Origin: Lama glama | Taxonomy: Eukaryota | Assembly: GCA_028534125.1 (NCBI GenBank) | Contig: CM052817.1 | Location: forward strand, 41,542,001 to 41,606,000 | Direction: 5' to 3' | DNA length: 64,000 bases | In this document: one piece after another, positions 11,501-24,720 of the stretch | How positions within the stretch are numbered: the stretch's first letter is position 1 | How the letters are laid out: every line of letters starts with the position of its first letter | Made by a program: the position numbers and the translations under genes | Notes under the pieces: generated by a model | What the model saw: only the letters and a program-made list of their open reading frames with translations | What the model was told of the DNA's origin: nothing | Databases searched by the model: none

Positions 11501-12473
11501 GCAAGAATCATTTAATTAAAAGTGACTTAAAGTCCAAACAGGGGATTAATACATCCTAGGATGTTTTCAATAACAAGATTGCAGCAGAAACAATTTGTTC
11601 TTGATCCTATGCTAATCGTAAAGAACCCTTAACAAGCGCCTATTTAACATAGATATTTTTGCCACTGCCATAGTGATATTTATACCTTGTTTAAAAAAGA
11701 AACACCAAGCGTGTCAAGAAGTATTGATTTATGTAATGTCTAGCAACAGGATGAATTGATGGTGATTATTGTAACATGTAATTACAGTATTCAAGTCTCA
11801 GGAGCACAAACTTGGGGTTAAGAAGACTCCATTGGCCACTGGGGGTCACTGTTGCTCCATGGGTTCAGACAAAGGCTGACGCGCAGTCTTGTAAGCCTGG
11901 GGCATATCCTCTGGGAATAATCTGGGGGGGCCTGAGGTTATCCCATGAATGTCAGAAGTTTGACCAAAGAAGCCTGGGTAAAATCTGTTCCCGAGAAATG
12001 CCAAATGGGACCATTAACATCCATGGGAGACATGTGGTTTTATTTAGAGCATCATCCGGCTCTGCTCAGCATGGAAGACCGGTCACTTTTCTAAGCCCAG
12101 AATGTTTCGGTATTGCCAGAGGGGTAAGAACCTCTTCCTGAGAGATGCCACACTTTTCAACATTAGTTCTCCCACTGTCTCTGTGAGGCAGATGAAAACA
12201 GTTTTGTTTCAAAAGAATGTAGAAGCAGGAATTTGGTACCTGGCCAGAGATCACATGTCAATTCAGGAGTGGGATTTAGGCCAAAACTCTGGCTTATTTA
12301 ATTTCACGACTTCGAGCCATGTTTCAGAGGCACCTCTGCCCCCAGTGAACTGGTATTTCAATTTTATACACCTAAAACACCCAAAATGGGAAACTGGAAC
12401 CAGTTAAAAGGTTAAGAGTACATACGAGCCAAGGGAGAAGCAAATAATCTACAAAGAGAGCATACTGTAAAAC

Positions 12474-12500
12474 AATAATAATAATAATAATAATAATAAT
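12474..12500. repeat. (AAT)9 microsatellite
   Basis: Seen directly. Confidence 0.95.
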
Positions 12501-14065
12501 AGTCTTTTTGGCAGAGAAAGGTCAAATCTGACTTATCTCATCCCATCTTTCCCTTCTAGTGAACAAAAAAATTATTCATACCTTAGACTTCAACATGATT
12601 GCTAACAGGCATAAGTTAGTTAAACATTTGCCTTGATGATGGCCAGCTCCTTTATTTACTCTCTCTTCCTAGAGACTTTAAGTGTATGTTAAAAAGAATA
12701 GTTAACTTTTAATCAATTAGCTTTGCAAAGCAAGGTATTCTCTCCCCTGAAGGATAGGAAGTCTATGTTGTTCTATTTTGCGTATCGAGTGCCCCGTGGC
12801 ATCAACACCACCTGTGTAACTAACACAACCTGCAATCCCCAGAGTGCAAGAGCGGCCAGTTGCCACTGTCTGATGACATACACCAGTGCTGGTAATATCT
12901 GAAGAGAACGTTTGCAGCCACTTTTCTTCTACTGATTTATTCTTAAGATTCAATCATCCAAGCAGCATGCAATAATGCCCCAAAGGATATTTTTAAACCA
13001 TAGATTTTTCTGACATTATTCTGTTACTATTAAAATTTTACTCATTCCTATACTATTTAATTTTCGTAAAAAAGTAGATCTATTTAAGCAGATGAGGACT
13101 TGATCCATAAATCCTGCTGTGCGTTACCAGTCCTCAGTGCCTAGAGCAACGCAGACTCTCTATGCACTGAATAAATACTTGCCAAATGGACGCAATACCT
13201 ATAAAAAAAAATAGCATACCCTCCATTTTACCTGTTTCTGTGGAAATAATTCCCATCAACAAAAATAAAAGTGTCTGAACAAATGACCTGGCGTAGATAT
13301 GGAAAATATTCATGGGTGTTTCCTAGGAAAATTCCTGTCCTTTTTTTTTTTTTTTTAAGCTCTAACTCACAAATCATAGATTCAGGAACTATGAGCAGTC
13401 TCTCTGGTGGGCTCCCTGGAATCCAGGCACAAGCCCTTGATTCTGGACTGGTGGGTCTTATCAGGAACCTCTCAATTTTCTAGGGAGCTTCCCCCCCTTT
13501 TTTTCCACTGTGGAATCCTCTGATCAAGCTGCCGTGACCCAGAATAGTTATGTCATGCACAAAAGCTCCACGCAGTCATTAGCTAGTCTAATGTTTTGTG
13601 TGTTTTTGAGTTCAGTTCACACTTCTCAGGACTCTCTTTACATAGCTTAAGAAACCTAAAGATGACAAATGCAAACCTGTGTTATTTCCTTCCCCAGTTT
13701 GTCTTTTCAAAGATGGTGAAACATGATGCTGACATCCATTTAGGTTCTTTTTTTGCTTAGTTAACTCAGCATATCAAGTGTAGGATTTTCTGAGTTCATC
13801 TTCATGACTAAAGATTGGAATTGAAAACCTCAGCAAATGAATTGAGGGTGTCTTATTTTGAACTCATTTGTGGATTTCTTCTTTATATAGGACACTTCAT
13901 TCAAAGTGTTTATCCTCTTTGCCTCCTACTTCTGTGTCTTTGCTATTCCCAGCCTTTGCACCATTCCATGCAAAAATAACTTCATTCCTCTAATCCTTGT
14001 TGGTTCCCTTGGACCTCTGTCAACAACAATGGTTCAGTCATTTTCATCTGAAATCTCTGTTTTCC

Positions 14066-14953
14066 GATGTTCCATATTACTCATTATCAGAGAAATGCAA
14101 GTCAAAACTGCAATGAAGTATCACCTCACACCAATCAGAATGGCTACCATTCAAAAGTCCATAAATGATAAATGCTGGAAAGGGTGTGGAGAAAAGGGAA
14201 CCCTCCTACACCGTTGGTGGGAACTTAGTTTGGTGCAGCCACTATGAAAGACAGTATGGAGATTTCTCAAAAAACTAAAAATAGATTTACCATGTGACAC
14301 AGCAGTCCCACTCCTGGGCATATATCCAGAGAGAACTCTAATTTGAAAATATACATGAACCCCAGTGTTCATTGCAGCACTACATACAATAGCCAAGACA
14401 AAGAAGCAATCTAAATTCCCATCGACAGATGACTGGATAAAGAAGATGTGGTATATTTATGCAATGGAATACTACTCAGTCATAGAAAAGAATAAAATAA
14501 TGCCATTTGCAGCAACGTGGATGGACCTGGAGATCGTCATTTTAAGTGAAATAAGCCAGAAAAAGAAAGAAAAATACCATATGATATCACTCATAAGTGG
14601 AATCTTAAAAAAGGAAAAAGAACACACTGATGAACTTGTCTGCAAAACAGAAACAGACATAGCGAACATAGTAAACAAACTTATGACTACCAAAAGGGGA
14701 AGAGAGTATGGAAGGATAAACTGGGAGTTCGAGATCTGCAGACACTAACTACTATATATAAAATAAATAAACAACAAGCTTATACTTTATAGCACAGGGA
14801 ACTATATTCAATATCTTGTAGCAACCTATAATGAAAAAGAATATGAAAAGGAATATAGGTATGTATATGTATGATGGAAACATTATGCTGTACACCAGAA
14901 ATTGACACATTGTAGTCTGACCATACTTCAATAAAAAAATAAAATAAAATAAA
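14066..14953 (+). mobile_element. 5'-truncated L1 (ORF2 C-terminus + 3' UTR), antisense to BMP3 in intron 2, with a perfect 17-bp TSD
   Basis: ORF2 peptides IIREMQVKTAMKYHLTPIRMA... and [16 protein letters not shown]...[18 protein letters not shown]; (AAAAT)n tail; TGAAATCTCTGTTTTCC at 14049-14065 and 14954-14970. Confidence 0.95.
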
Positions 14954-16214
14954 TGAAATCTCTGTTTTCCATCTCTGTTACAGTGGTGAGGGGAGGCAAA
15001 GGCTTGGCTAAAGCTGTGTGGGTATTTTTCATCTCATGGCAGAATTCCAGGGGTCTCTCCTGGGGAGGACAGATTGGCTATATGGGCTTGAAATCAGAAA
15101 AATCCAAGCTGCCGTGTCGGTGAATGAAACCTGCAGCGGTCAGGCGCACACCTGCCAAGCTGTGGATGATGTCCTCGCATTGGATTTGGTTACAAATGCA
15201 TTAGCAGCGGAGAGTATGTCATCAGCTCAGAGCCTTCATTCCTAACTCGGGCCACTCGGGGTTTTGCTCCACGCTCTTCCAGTCCAGCCCACATGGGTGT
15301 GATAGCCCAGAAACTATCTAATTGGAATCAGTGAAAGGGCAAAGCCTGGAATTTGGGAAAGGCAGAACACAGCTGTTCTGAATTACAGACAGGTTGTCGA
15401 CTTTTGCAGACGAAGAGCCCAGCTCTGGAGAGTAGGCTGTCACTCAGGAGGCCAGAAGGAAGGAGGCCCAGCAGAGGATCTGGCCCGGGAGAACATTTCT
15501 CTGGGGCAAAATGTATATCTACTGTCTGAATGTTCTTTGGCGCCTCACTGATTCCACATGTGTTTGTATTGATCTGGTCAGAGACCTTTTTTCCCTCTGT
15601 TGCTCAGACTATATTTTTATTTAAGTAGTTTACTCTGGTTACCATGTTGGACTCTGTGCTGATAACAGCGGTGCTTATTAATTACCCCTAATGTCACAGC
15701 TTCCATCCTGTGGGTGACTGTACACTTGAAAGACACCGTGCCTGGAAGGCTTCAAGGGAACCACTGGAAAGCTGTAAAAATTAAGCAGATCCACACAAGG
15801 TGATGAGAGACTGGGAACTCCATGTCACAGCCAAACTTCCACTCTCAACTTGGCAAAGGAAATCTCAAACTCAGAGAGAAAACTCCACACTCATCCGTGT
15901 TATGTCTCCCTGGAGTTCTGATGCCATTCCAAGTTCTGACAAATATTATCATGAGCTCGGTTGCTGTAACCGATGCTCTTCTAATTCTGTTACTTTCCAA
16001 AGAACTTACGGACTGCGGGACCCAAAGGGAGAATCCTATTTTAGGCTTCATGATATTTAAAGAGGGATAAGAAACATTTACAAAACATTTTCTTGTCTTA
16101 CATCTTTTATCCTCTTGATCCCTTTTCTTGTGTGGTCTTTCTTCAGCCCCCTACATTCGATTTTCTGTTCTCCTCAGTCTCAGCAATGGCCATTAGGAAT
16201 TATGTCGACGGCAA

Positions 16215-16570
16215 AAATTTACTGAGTGCCTACTAAGCGTAAGGTGCTTCACGGTCTCATTTTCCCACCATTTTTTATTAGGTAGTTACTATTATATTTC
16301 TGTTTACTGTTTGTACCTGTTTCAGAGATGAGGAAAGTAACATATAGAAAGCTTGAGTAACTTCCCCCTAAAAGCAATCGCTGGTTAGAGGTGGATGGAA
16401 GTTTTAAGCCAAAAGGATTTGAATTTGTGGACAAGCAGCACCAGCAACGTCTAGGAGCCTGTGAGATGCTCAGGGTCTTAGGCTCTACCCCCAGCGCCCC
16501 TGGATCAGAATCTGTGGATAAACAAGATCCCCAGGCAAATTGCAGGCACATTAAGGTTAAGAAGCCCAGA
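16215..16570. mobile_element. MIR fragment followed by a MER5A-like element
   Basis: tttactgagtgcctact...cagagatgaggaaag (MIR), then cagcagcaccagca...ggatcagaatctg...aacaagatccccagg (MER5A-like). Confidence 0.55.
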
Positions 16571-18472
16571 TGTGATCAAAGTATTTAATCATTCTGTTAC
16601 ATGAACACTTCTCTCCTTAAACGTATCTCTTCTGTTCTTAACTTACCGCTCACAAGTTTTTAAATCATTATTCTTTAGGTCAGTGAGAACCACAGTGAAG
16701 ATAACTGAAGCAACAGCGAGGCTTTGAAACAGTGAACGAAAGCAAAGCCAACAGGGGGTGGGAGAGGCAAGCTGGGAGAGCGGTGGGGACCAGGCTAGGT
16801 CTCCGTCTCCCGAGGGGAAGGTGGAAAAGCTAACCGGCTTGAGTATCTCCACGTTATCATGGCTCCCTGGGCCCTAAACTCTGGAGTCAAGAGGGAAGAG
16901 AAAAGTGTCTTCCCCAGGCTACCTAGAAGAAATCAGTTTGTGAGAGTGAGAGGAATGATTTGGAAGACTCCGAGACTCATTTAAAATCAGTCACCCCAGG
17001 TTTAGATTTTTAATCTGTTTTTAACCCGTTTTTAATCTGTTTCTACTTCTCAATGCCACAAAGCAAGCCACACTGTAAAGATTCATCATCGCCTGTTATT
17101 CTGGGCATCTTGGCTGTGTGTTTTAAATTCTATCCCAGTTTGAGCAAGTTTTGATTGATCAGTAAAATTCCTTTATGAATATTTAGACAAGGTAAGGCTG
17201 TTTATGTCACTGTAAATGTATATAATCCTTACTTTGTGTTTGGATTCACAAAACATGGAATCCACAAGGTCGAGAAAATTTAGAATGCGTGTCCTTCTGA
17301 GACATTCTGAGTGTCGAAATGGGATTTCAATCAAGTTCCTGACCTGAGGCCGACCTGGCCTTGTTTAGTTGGCCCTTTGCTTTACGTGTGTGTTACATGA
17401 AGCATCCCAGTGGCCACAAGACTGCAACATGAACATGCTACTTTAAAGATCTATCAGCGGAAGTCGGTCACTTTTTGAGGCAAAGGGATTTTTTCTCAAT
17501 TAACATACCACAGCCAGAGTTGATTCACTTCAAGCTTTGCAAAAAAAAAAAAAAAAAAAAGAAAAGAAAACAAAACAAAAAACCCCACTATTCTTCCTCT
17601 GAATTTTATTCCTAGCACCCCTTTTCATTGTATAACAGAGATTCAAATTGTTACAAGCTAAGAATGGAAGTGCAGCAACAAACTTAACTGAAGACCAGAG
17701 GGCTTAAAGTAAATATATTATTTACTTTAAATCCAAAGATACCAGTCACTTGGACTTGCTATGCAAGATGGAGGTTGAGCTGTGGAGGTTTCTGAGGATA
17801 TATTTTGTCAGGATCCTGAGTTCTGATATGATAAGGTTCAGTCCCTATTGATTCTGGAAGAGACACTGGTAAGCTCTGAGAGGTTGAAATAAGTCTTAGA
17901 AGTCTACAGAGTCATTGTATCCTATTATGACTTCTTTTTCTGCTATTTTCAGGGAAGCAAATGAAATAAGCATCTGGTGGATTTCCTGAGGCAAGCTTAC
18001 CTGGCCTAATCTGGATTCTGACTCCCATGGTGACAATTCATCTCACAAGAGACTACTAAAATGTTCTGCATCATGGTATCAATCCAATTAGTCCTTCCCT
18101 TTGCTCTCATGACATTCACTCATTCCCTGAGTACCCCTCAAAGATCAGCCTTCTACCATTTGGGGCTTGCTTGTTGTGGACAGGTGTTAATTCGCATGCG
18201 ACCATGTAGCTAAATATGCACAGTGTTTGGAAGCAAAGAGAAAAATATGTTTTACACACACATTTTTTCCTCATATCCTTCTTCATACCAATATTGACTT
18301 CATATTACTCTAACAACCATTAAAGAAAAGCCAAGCATAACCATGTAACCAATTACACTTTAGAATGCAATAAATAAAGGTCCACGTGGACTCTGTAAAT
18401 GAAAACACACACTCAACTCGTGTCTTTCTACCCTATGGAAAGAGGAAGCACAGGACAAAGAACCACGACTAC

Positions 18473-19383
18473 CTTCGGCATGGGGAACTGGCACGCGCCG
18501 GAGCAGTAATAGGCATCGAAGGACTTGGGGGAGATAATCCACTCACTCCAGCCAATATCCGCAAAGTCCACTTTCAGGTATCGCCTGGCGCAGTTGCGAG
18601 GTTCAATCCATTGCTTTCTTCTTGCCTTCTTCAGGGTCTGTTCATCAAACTGGAGCGTCTGGCTCTTCTGGTGAGGTCCCTTTCTCTGTTTCTTTTTGTT
18701 CTTGCTCTTCTCAGGGGGCTGAGTCTGAAGAGTCTGGTAAGGTTTTCTCTCCTCCCATACCCCGTCCTCCTTATACTGGTACTCTGCCCCAGGAAGCTCG
18801 TTGTTCTGCAGAGGCAGCAGGACCCCAGCAGAGCGCTTCTTCCTTCGTTCAATAGAAAGCGCAGCCCTGATACGGCTATCCAGTTTGGGCACAGCTCCAG
18901 TGGGGAAATTCCGATGTCCTTGCAAGCTTGACACCACGCTCTCTGGCTCAGAAATGGCAGCATCATTGGCATACACCAAGATATAAGGCTCAGGAAAGGG
19001 CATCATCTTCTTTGGCAGCTGTTGTCCTTTGGAAGTAATGTTAAATCCTATGAGAAACTCCTCATTTTCCTTGGCCTTCCTCAAAACTTGAGTGATGTCT
19101 TTAGACAGCCAGGACACAAAGTCTCGATGAGGTTTGGTTACATCCACTGAAAGATGACCCAGGAGTTGACTTTGGTTTCTGTTGGATTTGAGGACCCATG
19201 CAGAGAGGTCAATCTGAATGTGCTTCCTCTGAGCATGATGTGAGCATCCTTGGGACACTGGACAACTCAGGCTGATATTTATTAGCTCTCCGATATAGAA
19301 ATGCAGTGTGGCAGATAAAATGTTTTCAGACTTGGTTAGAGAAGTCAAGTTAAAAATATGCAGTTCTGTGGTTTCAAGGATTC
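18473..19383 (-). CDS. BMP3: BMP3 coding exon 2 (911 nt; prodomain, basic cleavage sites, start of the mature TGF-beta domain)
   Basis: Acceptor polypyrimidine...ttcctag|GA at 19384/19383 and donor AAG|gtagtc at 18473/18472. Translates (G)[29 protein letters not shown]...RRKKRS...[53 protein letters not shown]. The frame joins exon 1 exactly. Confidence 0.98.
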
Positions 19384-19424
19384 CTAGGAAGGAAAAAAAA
19401 AAAAGAAAGTAAGCAGGAGTAAAT

Positions 19425-20630
19425 AGGACCCCTGCTTCACATCATATACAAAATAAGCCAGTGATTTAAATTAAAAACCCTAAAATTCTTAGAAGAAAAC
19501 TGGGAGGAAAATCTTCTTGGCTTTGGATTTGACAGTGGAGTCCTAAATATGACACCAAAAGTGTAATTAACAGAAGAAAATAACAGATAAATCAATAAAA
19601 CAGATAAACTGGACTTCATCAAAATTATAAATTTTGTGCATCAGAAAACATTATCAAGAAAGTCTGTACAACTGACAGAATGGAGAAAATATTTTCAAAT
19701 CATATATATGATAAAATCTAGTACCCAGAGGATAAAAATAACTCTTGCAACTCAACAACAACAGCAAAACAAACCAATAAAGAAAATGGGTAAATGAATC
19801 AAATAGACATGTATCCTAAGATGTACAAAGAGCCAACAGCCTCATGAAAAGATACTCAGCAGCATTAGTCATCAGGGAAGTGCAAATCAAAACCACAATG
19901 AGGTGCCATTTGACACACACTAGGCTGGCTATAATAATACAAAACAAAATAACAAGTGTTAGTGAGGTTGTGAAGAAATTGGAACATTTTTACATTATTG
20001 TTTGGCATGTAAAATGGTTCAGCTACTGTAGGAAACAGTTTGGTGGTTCCACAAAAAGTTAAACATAGTAACAACATGAGACGCCACAATTCAGCTCTTA
20101 GGTATAAACCCCAAAGAACTGAAAGTATTCAAACAAGTCCATGTACGTGTGTGTTTAAAGCAGCACTACTCTTCACAATAGCCAAAAGGTAGACACAACT
20201 CAAATGTCTATCAATGGATCAATGGTAAGGTGTAATACAGTCATATAATGGAATATTATCCAGCCATGCGAAGGAATGAAGTACTGATAGATACTACAAT
20301 GTGGATGAACCTTGAAAACACTGTGTTAAATGAAAGAAGCCATACACAAAAGATCCCATGTTGTATGATCCCATTTATGTGAAATATTCAGAACAGGTAA
20401 ATCGCTAGAAACAGGATGCAGACTAGTGTTGGCCAGGAGCTGAGGAGAGGGAGGGGTTTGGAGAAACCATTTGATGGGCAGGGGGTTTGACTTTGGGATG
20501 AGAGAAATATTTTGGAACTAGGTAGACTTGGTCATTACGCAACATCGTGAAGGTATCAAACGCCACTGAACTGCTCAATTAAAAATAACTATTTTTAAAT
20601 TATGTGATTTTCACTGCAACCAAACAAAAA
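19425..20630 (+). mobile_element. Old L1M (L1MB-like) ORF2 3' end + 3' UTR adjoining the exon 2 acceptor
   Basis: Degenerate ORF2 (MKRYSAALVIREVQIKTTMRCHLTHTRLAII...), aaattcttagaagaaaac and actggacttcatcaaaatt motifs, L1M-type 3' UTR; degenerate TSD core CAGGAGTAA. Confidence 0.85.
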
Positions 20631-22174
20631 GATAACAGGAGTAATTTTATAAACCGGATAAATATCACAGCAAGGATCAGACATTTTTAGTCTTTTGCTC
20701 TTTCCTTTATACAGTAGTGAACTCAGTGGTGTGAGAGCTGAGAGCTCTGGCTTTTAAATCAGAGATTACCGAGAAATATTCCTATAAATTTGGCCCAGAG
20801 TCACAAGAGCATCTTATGTGAGGCAGAGCCCACTGGTTACCAGCATTGGTGAAAGGAGACTCACCTTGACTCAAAGACTGACTCGGTCACTTATTAACTA
20901 TGTAACTTTGGGAGGAAAAGTTCCATTTTTCATTCACAAAGTGGAAGAGTGCCTTCTCCTGTCATCAGAATTAAATGAGATGTGTGTAAATCCATTCCTA
21001 AGTGTAAATCCATCCGGTAAGTGTTTCTTCAGGACAAATTATTATTATTGCTGTTAGTGCTGGTGTTGACCATAACACAGGGATTACACCTTCTTCTACC
21101 TGCTTCACAAAGTTAAGGGTGCAGGATGAGGGTAGATAAGCAAGACCATATGTCTCCGTGTTCAGAGAATATAGCTAAAAAAATGAGCCACGCTTTCAAA
21201 AGTGTCCTAAAGAATTAATGCTGTTGTGGAGCTTGTCTAAAGTTTATGACATTACATGGGTTTAACTTGAATTGCTTCTGTAGAGTTTGACCAAATGACT
21301 GAAACTGGCCAACTGTATTTCCAATTCTTCAAATGCAGAAATGAAGGTAACAGAAGAGGCGACTGATTAGTAAGGGCAGAAGTTGGTTCTTGCTCTTGAG
21401 ATCATCGAATGAGCTAATGGTAAGGCTGAGGTTGGACTCAAGAATCCCCGGTCCTGGGATCGGTCACCAGAGCCTGAGCCCTCCTCCGTGCACTTGTTTC
21501 ACATACATATTTGTTTCAGAAACATACACGCAATCGTGAAATTATGTTCTTGATCAAAACCATATTTCAGAAAAAAATAAAACATTTTAAAAAGATCTGG
21601 AAACTTATAATGAGTTCATTGAGTCCCCAAGTACAAGGGAAGTGCAGTGAGATACATATTTTACTCATTTCTAACACTGTGTGAAGGAAAAGGAGGAAAC
21701 TGCCATTTGTGCACATTTGTGTAATCCATGACACCAGGATAATATTATACAGACCTCTATAACAAAGCCACGCATCAGGCTTGTTCAGAGACTCCAGCTT
21801 TAATTCATACCAGTCACCAGAGCATATACTTTTGCCCAGATGGAAGTTTAAAATGGAAGGAAGAGACGTCACTCTGTTCTAAGTATGTGGCAATCGGATG
21901 GTTGCCAAACGAACACGCTGGCCGGGAAGAAATGAACTCAGAGGGATGTGGGTGGTAGAGTCTTACCGGGGAAGCCAGTCCAGCTCCTTTTTCCCCCACA
22001 TTTTGCTTGCAAATATTGCCTTCTTTCAAACATTTTCCCAGATACCTTGTGACCTGCTGTTAACTAGACTCCACTTTGTGTCTAACCTTCAATATCTTCT
22101 CATAAATATCTCAGAATCTGCCATACTGTCTCTTTGGGTGTTTTAATTTTAATTCAATGCCTTACTTTAAGTCA

Positions 22175-22372
22175 AAGCCCTGTGATCCAGGCTCAGCTCC
22201 ACCACACCCAACAACTGTCCTCAGGCAAATTACCTAAACTCTTTAAGTCTCAGTTTGCTCATCTGTAAAATGAGCCCAATAGTATTAATGGCAGAATCGT
22301 TGTGAGAATTAATTGGAAGAATGTAGGTAATACATATCGCACATAAGAAAAATCTCAATGAATGTCAGCTAA
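22175..22372 (+). mobile_element. MIR SINE
   Basis: ggcaaattacctaaactctttaagtctcagtttgctcatctgtaaaatg MIR core. Confidence 0.75.
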
Positions 22373-22379
22373 GTTGAAT

Positions 22380-23412
22380 GGTAATGTCCAATATGATAGC
22401 AACTAATCACTTAAGTTTGAATTGAGATGTGCTGTAAGTGTAAAATACACTGTATTTCAAAGACTCAGCACAGAATGAGTGTACAATATTAAATTAATAT
22501 ATTTTATATTAATTATGTATTGAAGTGATAATATTTAGATACACTGGGTTAAATATTGTGATAATGTGACTTTTAATGAAAAATATATATTTGGCCTTCA
22601 TCCCTGTTTGTGGCACAGATCCTAAAACCCTTGGAATTGCCTAAGTGATGAGAGCCAGAAATGTCTTCTGTTATGTTGCTGAGGTGACTTTTGGAGGCCA
22701 CCTAAGAGTGGGGGCTGGTTGCCAGGGGAAACAATCCTGTGACTAGAGCGTTGGCACTTTCAGCTCCACCCCCTAACCTCTGGTGTAGGGAAAGGCGCTG
22801 GAGGCTGAGTTAATCACCAATGGCCAATGACTTCATAAGCCATGCCTACATAATGCAGCCGCCATAAAAACTTACCAAAAAACAAGCTTTGAAGAGCTTC
22901 CGGGTTGGAGAACACGTGGAAATTGGGGAGAGCAGTGCACCCACAAAGGGCGTGGAAGCGTCAAGCCCTTCCCTCTACCTTGCCCTGTGCATCGCTTTTA
23001 TCTGGCTGTTCCTGAGTTATATAGCCTTTTATACTAAACTGGTAAACTAGTGAGCAAATAGGTTGCCTGAGTTCTGTGAGCCACCCTAGTAAATTAATCA
23101 GATCCAGGGAGGGGGTTGCGGGAACCTCCAATCCTCAGCCAGTTGGTCAGAAGCACTGAAAACAACCTGGGTTTGGAATTGGCGCCTGAGGTGGAGGGCA
23201 GTCTTGTGGGACTGAGCCCTTTACCTATGGGATTTGATGTCTGGGTAGACAGTGTTAGAACTGAGGTGAATTCTCGGACACCCTGCTGGTAATACATTAT
23301 TGAAATTAATTTCACATTTGGCTTTTCATATTTTTTAATGTGGTTACTAAAATTTTAAAATTACATATGTGGGTCACATCTGTGGCTCAAATTTAATTCT
23401 TCTTGGACAGTG
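22380..23412 (+). mobile_element. MER33-like hAT-Charlie element split by an LTR (pieces 22380-22556 and 23291-23412)
   Basis: tgtccaata...gaattgagatgtgctgtaagtgtaaaatacac...gggttaaata | atacattattgaaattaatttcac...aaaattacatatgtgg...ttggacagtg; the two pieces are collinear. Confidence 0.75.
22557..23290 (+). mobile_element. MER21-like LTR (3'-truncated)
   Basis: TGTGATAATGTG...aaatatatatttggccttc...cctaaaacccttggaat...gagttctgtgagcc...cttgtgggactgagccct...ggacaccctgctggt. Confidence 0.8.
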
Positions 23413-24720
23413 GTGGTCTAGAATGACCACCAGTTTTGTGCTCATATAGTCTAAAAGGAAAGGAAAAAAGCATTTTTTTTCTAAATGCAGTGAAGAATTA
23501 GGAATTTCTTAAACATGCATATGCAAACCAAAAATAAATTGGGCAAAAGATTCTTTTTTGGAATGAAACATACCTTCCTTTACCAAGAACATATTAGATA
23601 AAGATAATTTTGGCAATTGCTTTTAAATTTTCCCTCCAGCTGTAGCTAATTGGTTCAATCTGCAATCAACAGTCTAAGACCAACTAACTGCTCTAACACA
23701 GAGTTAAATGGGCAGTGGAGTAATAGTGTTTTATGTGATTCTATATGTAGCTTCAGCTATGTTATTTGTGTATTACACACACACAGCCACTGCAAGCAAC
23801 AATGAACAGGAGCTAAACAAAACAAATGTTTTTTGCAGTTGAACACCTATTAGGTGCTGGACCCTTGGCTGGGTCTTAGGGCTGCCTAGTGGCCACTGTT
23901 GTCCAGACTGGGGCTGGGGGAAAAGATTAAGAATTAATATGCAGGTAGTTATGCTGTGATGATGCTACTTACTGTCAAAGGTATTAATTATGTCCTTGGA
24001 GCACAGAGGAGGAAGCAGTTAACTTTCCCCAAGTAAGAGGAAGAGGAACACAGAGGGAAGATGTAACCTGTGAACCAGACTTTTAAGAATGAGGGGAAAA
24101 GGATGTGTTGGGTGTAGGCAGTGCTGACACCTGGGAGCTTTTGCATACGTAATATTGTCAATGTTTCAAACAGAAACTTATAAAAATATCCCAAATTAAC
24201 TTAGTTATTTGAAGTCCTTATCGACATCGAACCTGTCTAACTTCAGAAAAGAAATGGCCAATTCACATTTAGCTCCTAACTAAAGGTGTTGTATCATGCC
24301 CAGCACAAGCGCTGTTTCCACCCAGGTGAGGGGACCCATGACCTCTGCCTGACCTACATCTCCCTCCTCCTTTCCTTTTTTAAAACAATGAACTAGAAGT
24401 CTCAACCATCCCACAAAACTTGCCCTGACGTCTCTAATCCATACTTTATTTTTACCCACTCTGACTTTAAAGCATTTCATTTCTGTGCAAGTCAATGTTC
24501 TTCCCCTCACCGCCCCACCACCAAAGCCACCAAATAGTATTTACAGTGGACAAAAACAGCGGTGAGGGAGAGGGAGTTGTCTGAAGTTGAATAAGTGAGG
24601 CTAGAGGAATCAATAAGAATAAGATAAATACTTCCCTGCAAGTTGAATTATGTGGTAACATTATCCAACTACTCTAGTGCTTTTTTAATTTTTTAGATCT
24701 TATATTAATACAACTTTTCA

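Larger units (their letters stand above)
11176..18472 (-). other. BMP3: BMP3 intron 2 (7297 bp, GT-AG)
   Basis: Defined by the splice sites of exons 2 and 3; phase 0. Confidence 0.93.

Noticed and set aside
13906..14748. 113-aa and 127-aa ORFs as host genes
   Set aside because: They are fragments of L1 ORF2 in a 5'-truncated insertion.
17005..17043. Three 11-bp units (TTTTAATCTGT-like), and the ~18-bp duplication at ~20983-21020
   Set aside because: Ordinary slippage micro-duplications with no sign of function.
18386..18986. ORFs of 181, 77, 113 and 61 aa overlapping exon 2
   Set aside because: Antisense or alternative-frame shadows of the BMP3 exon, mostly with non-ATG starts and no recognisable domain.
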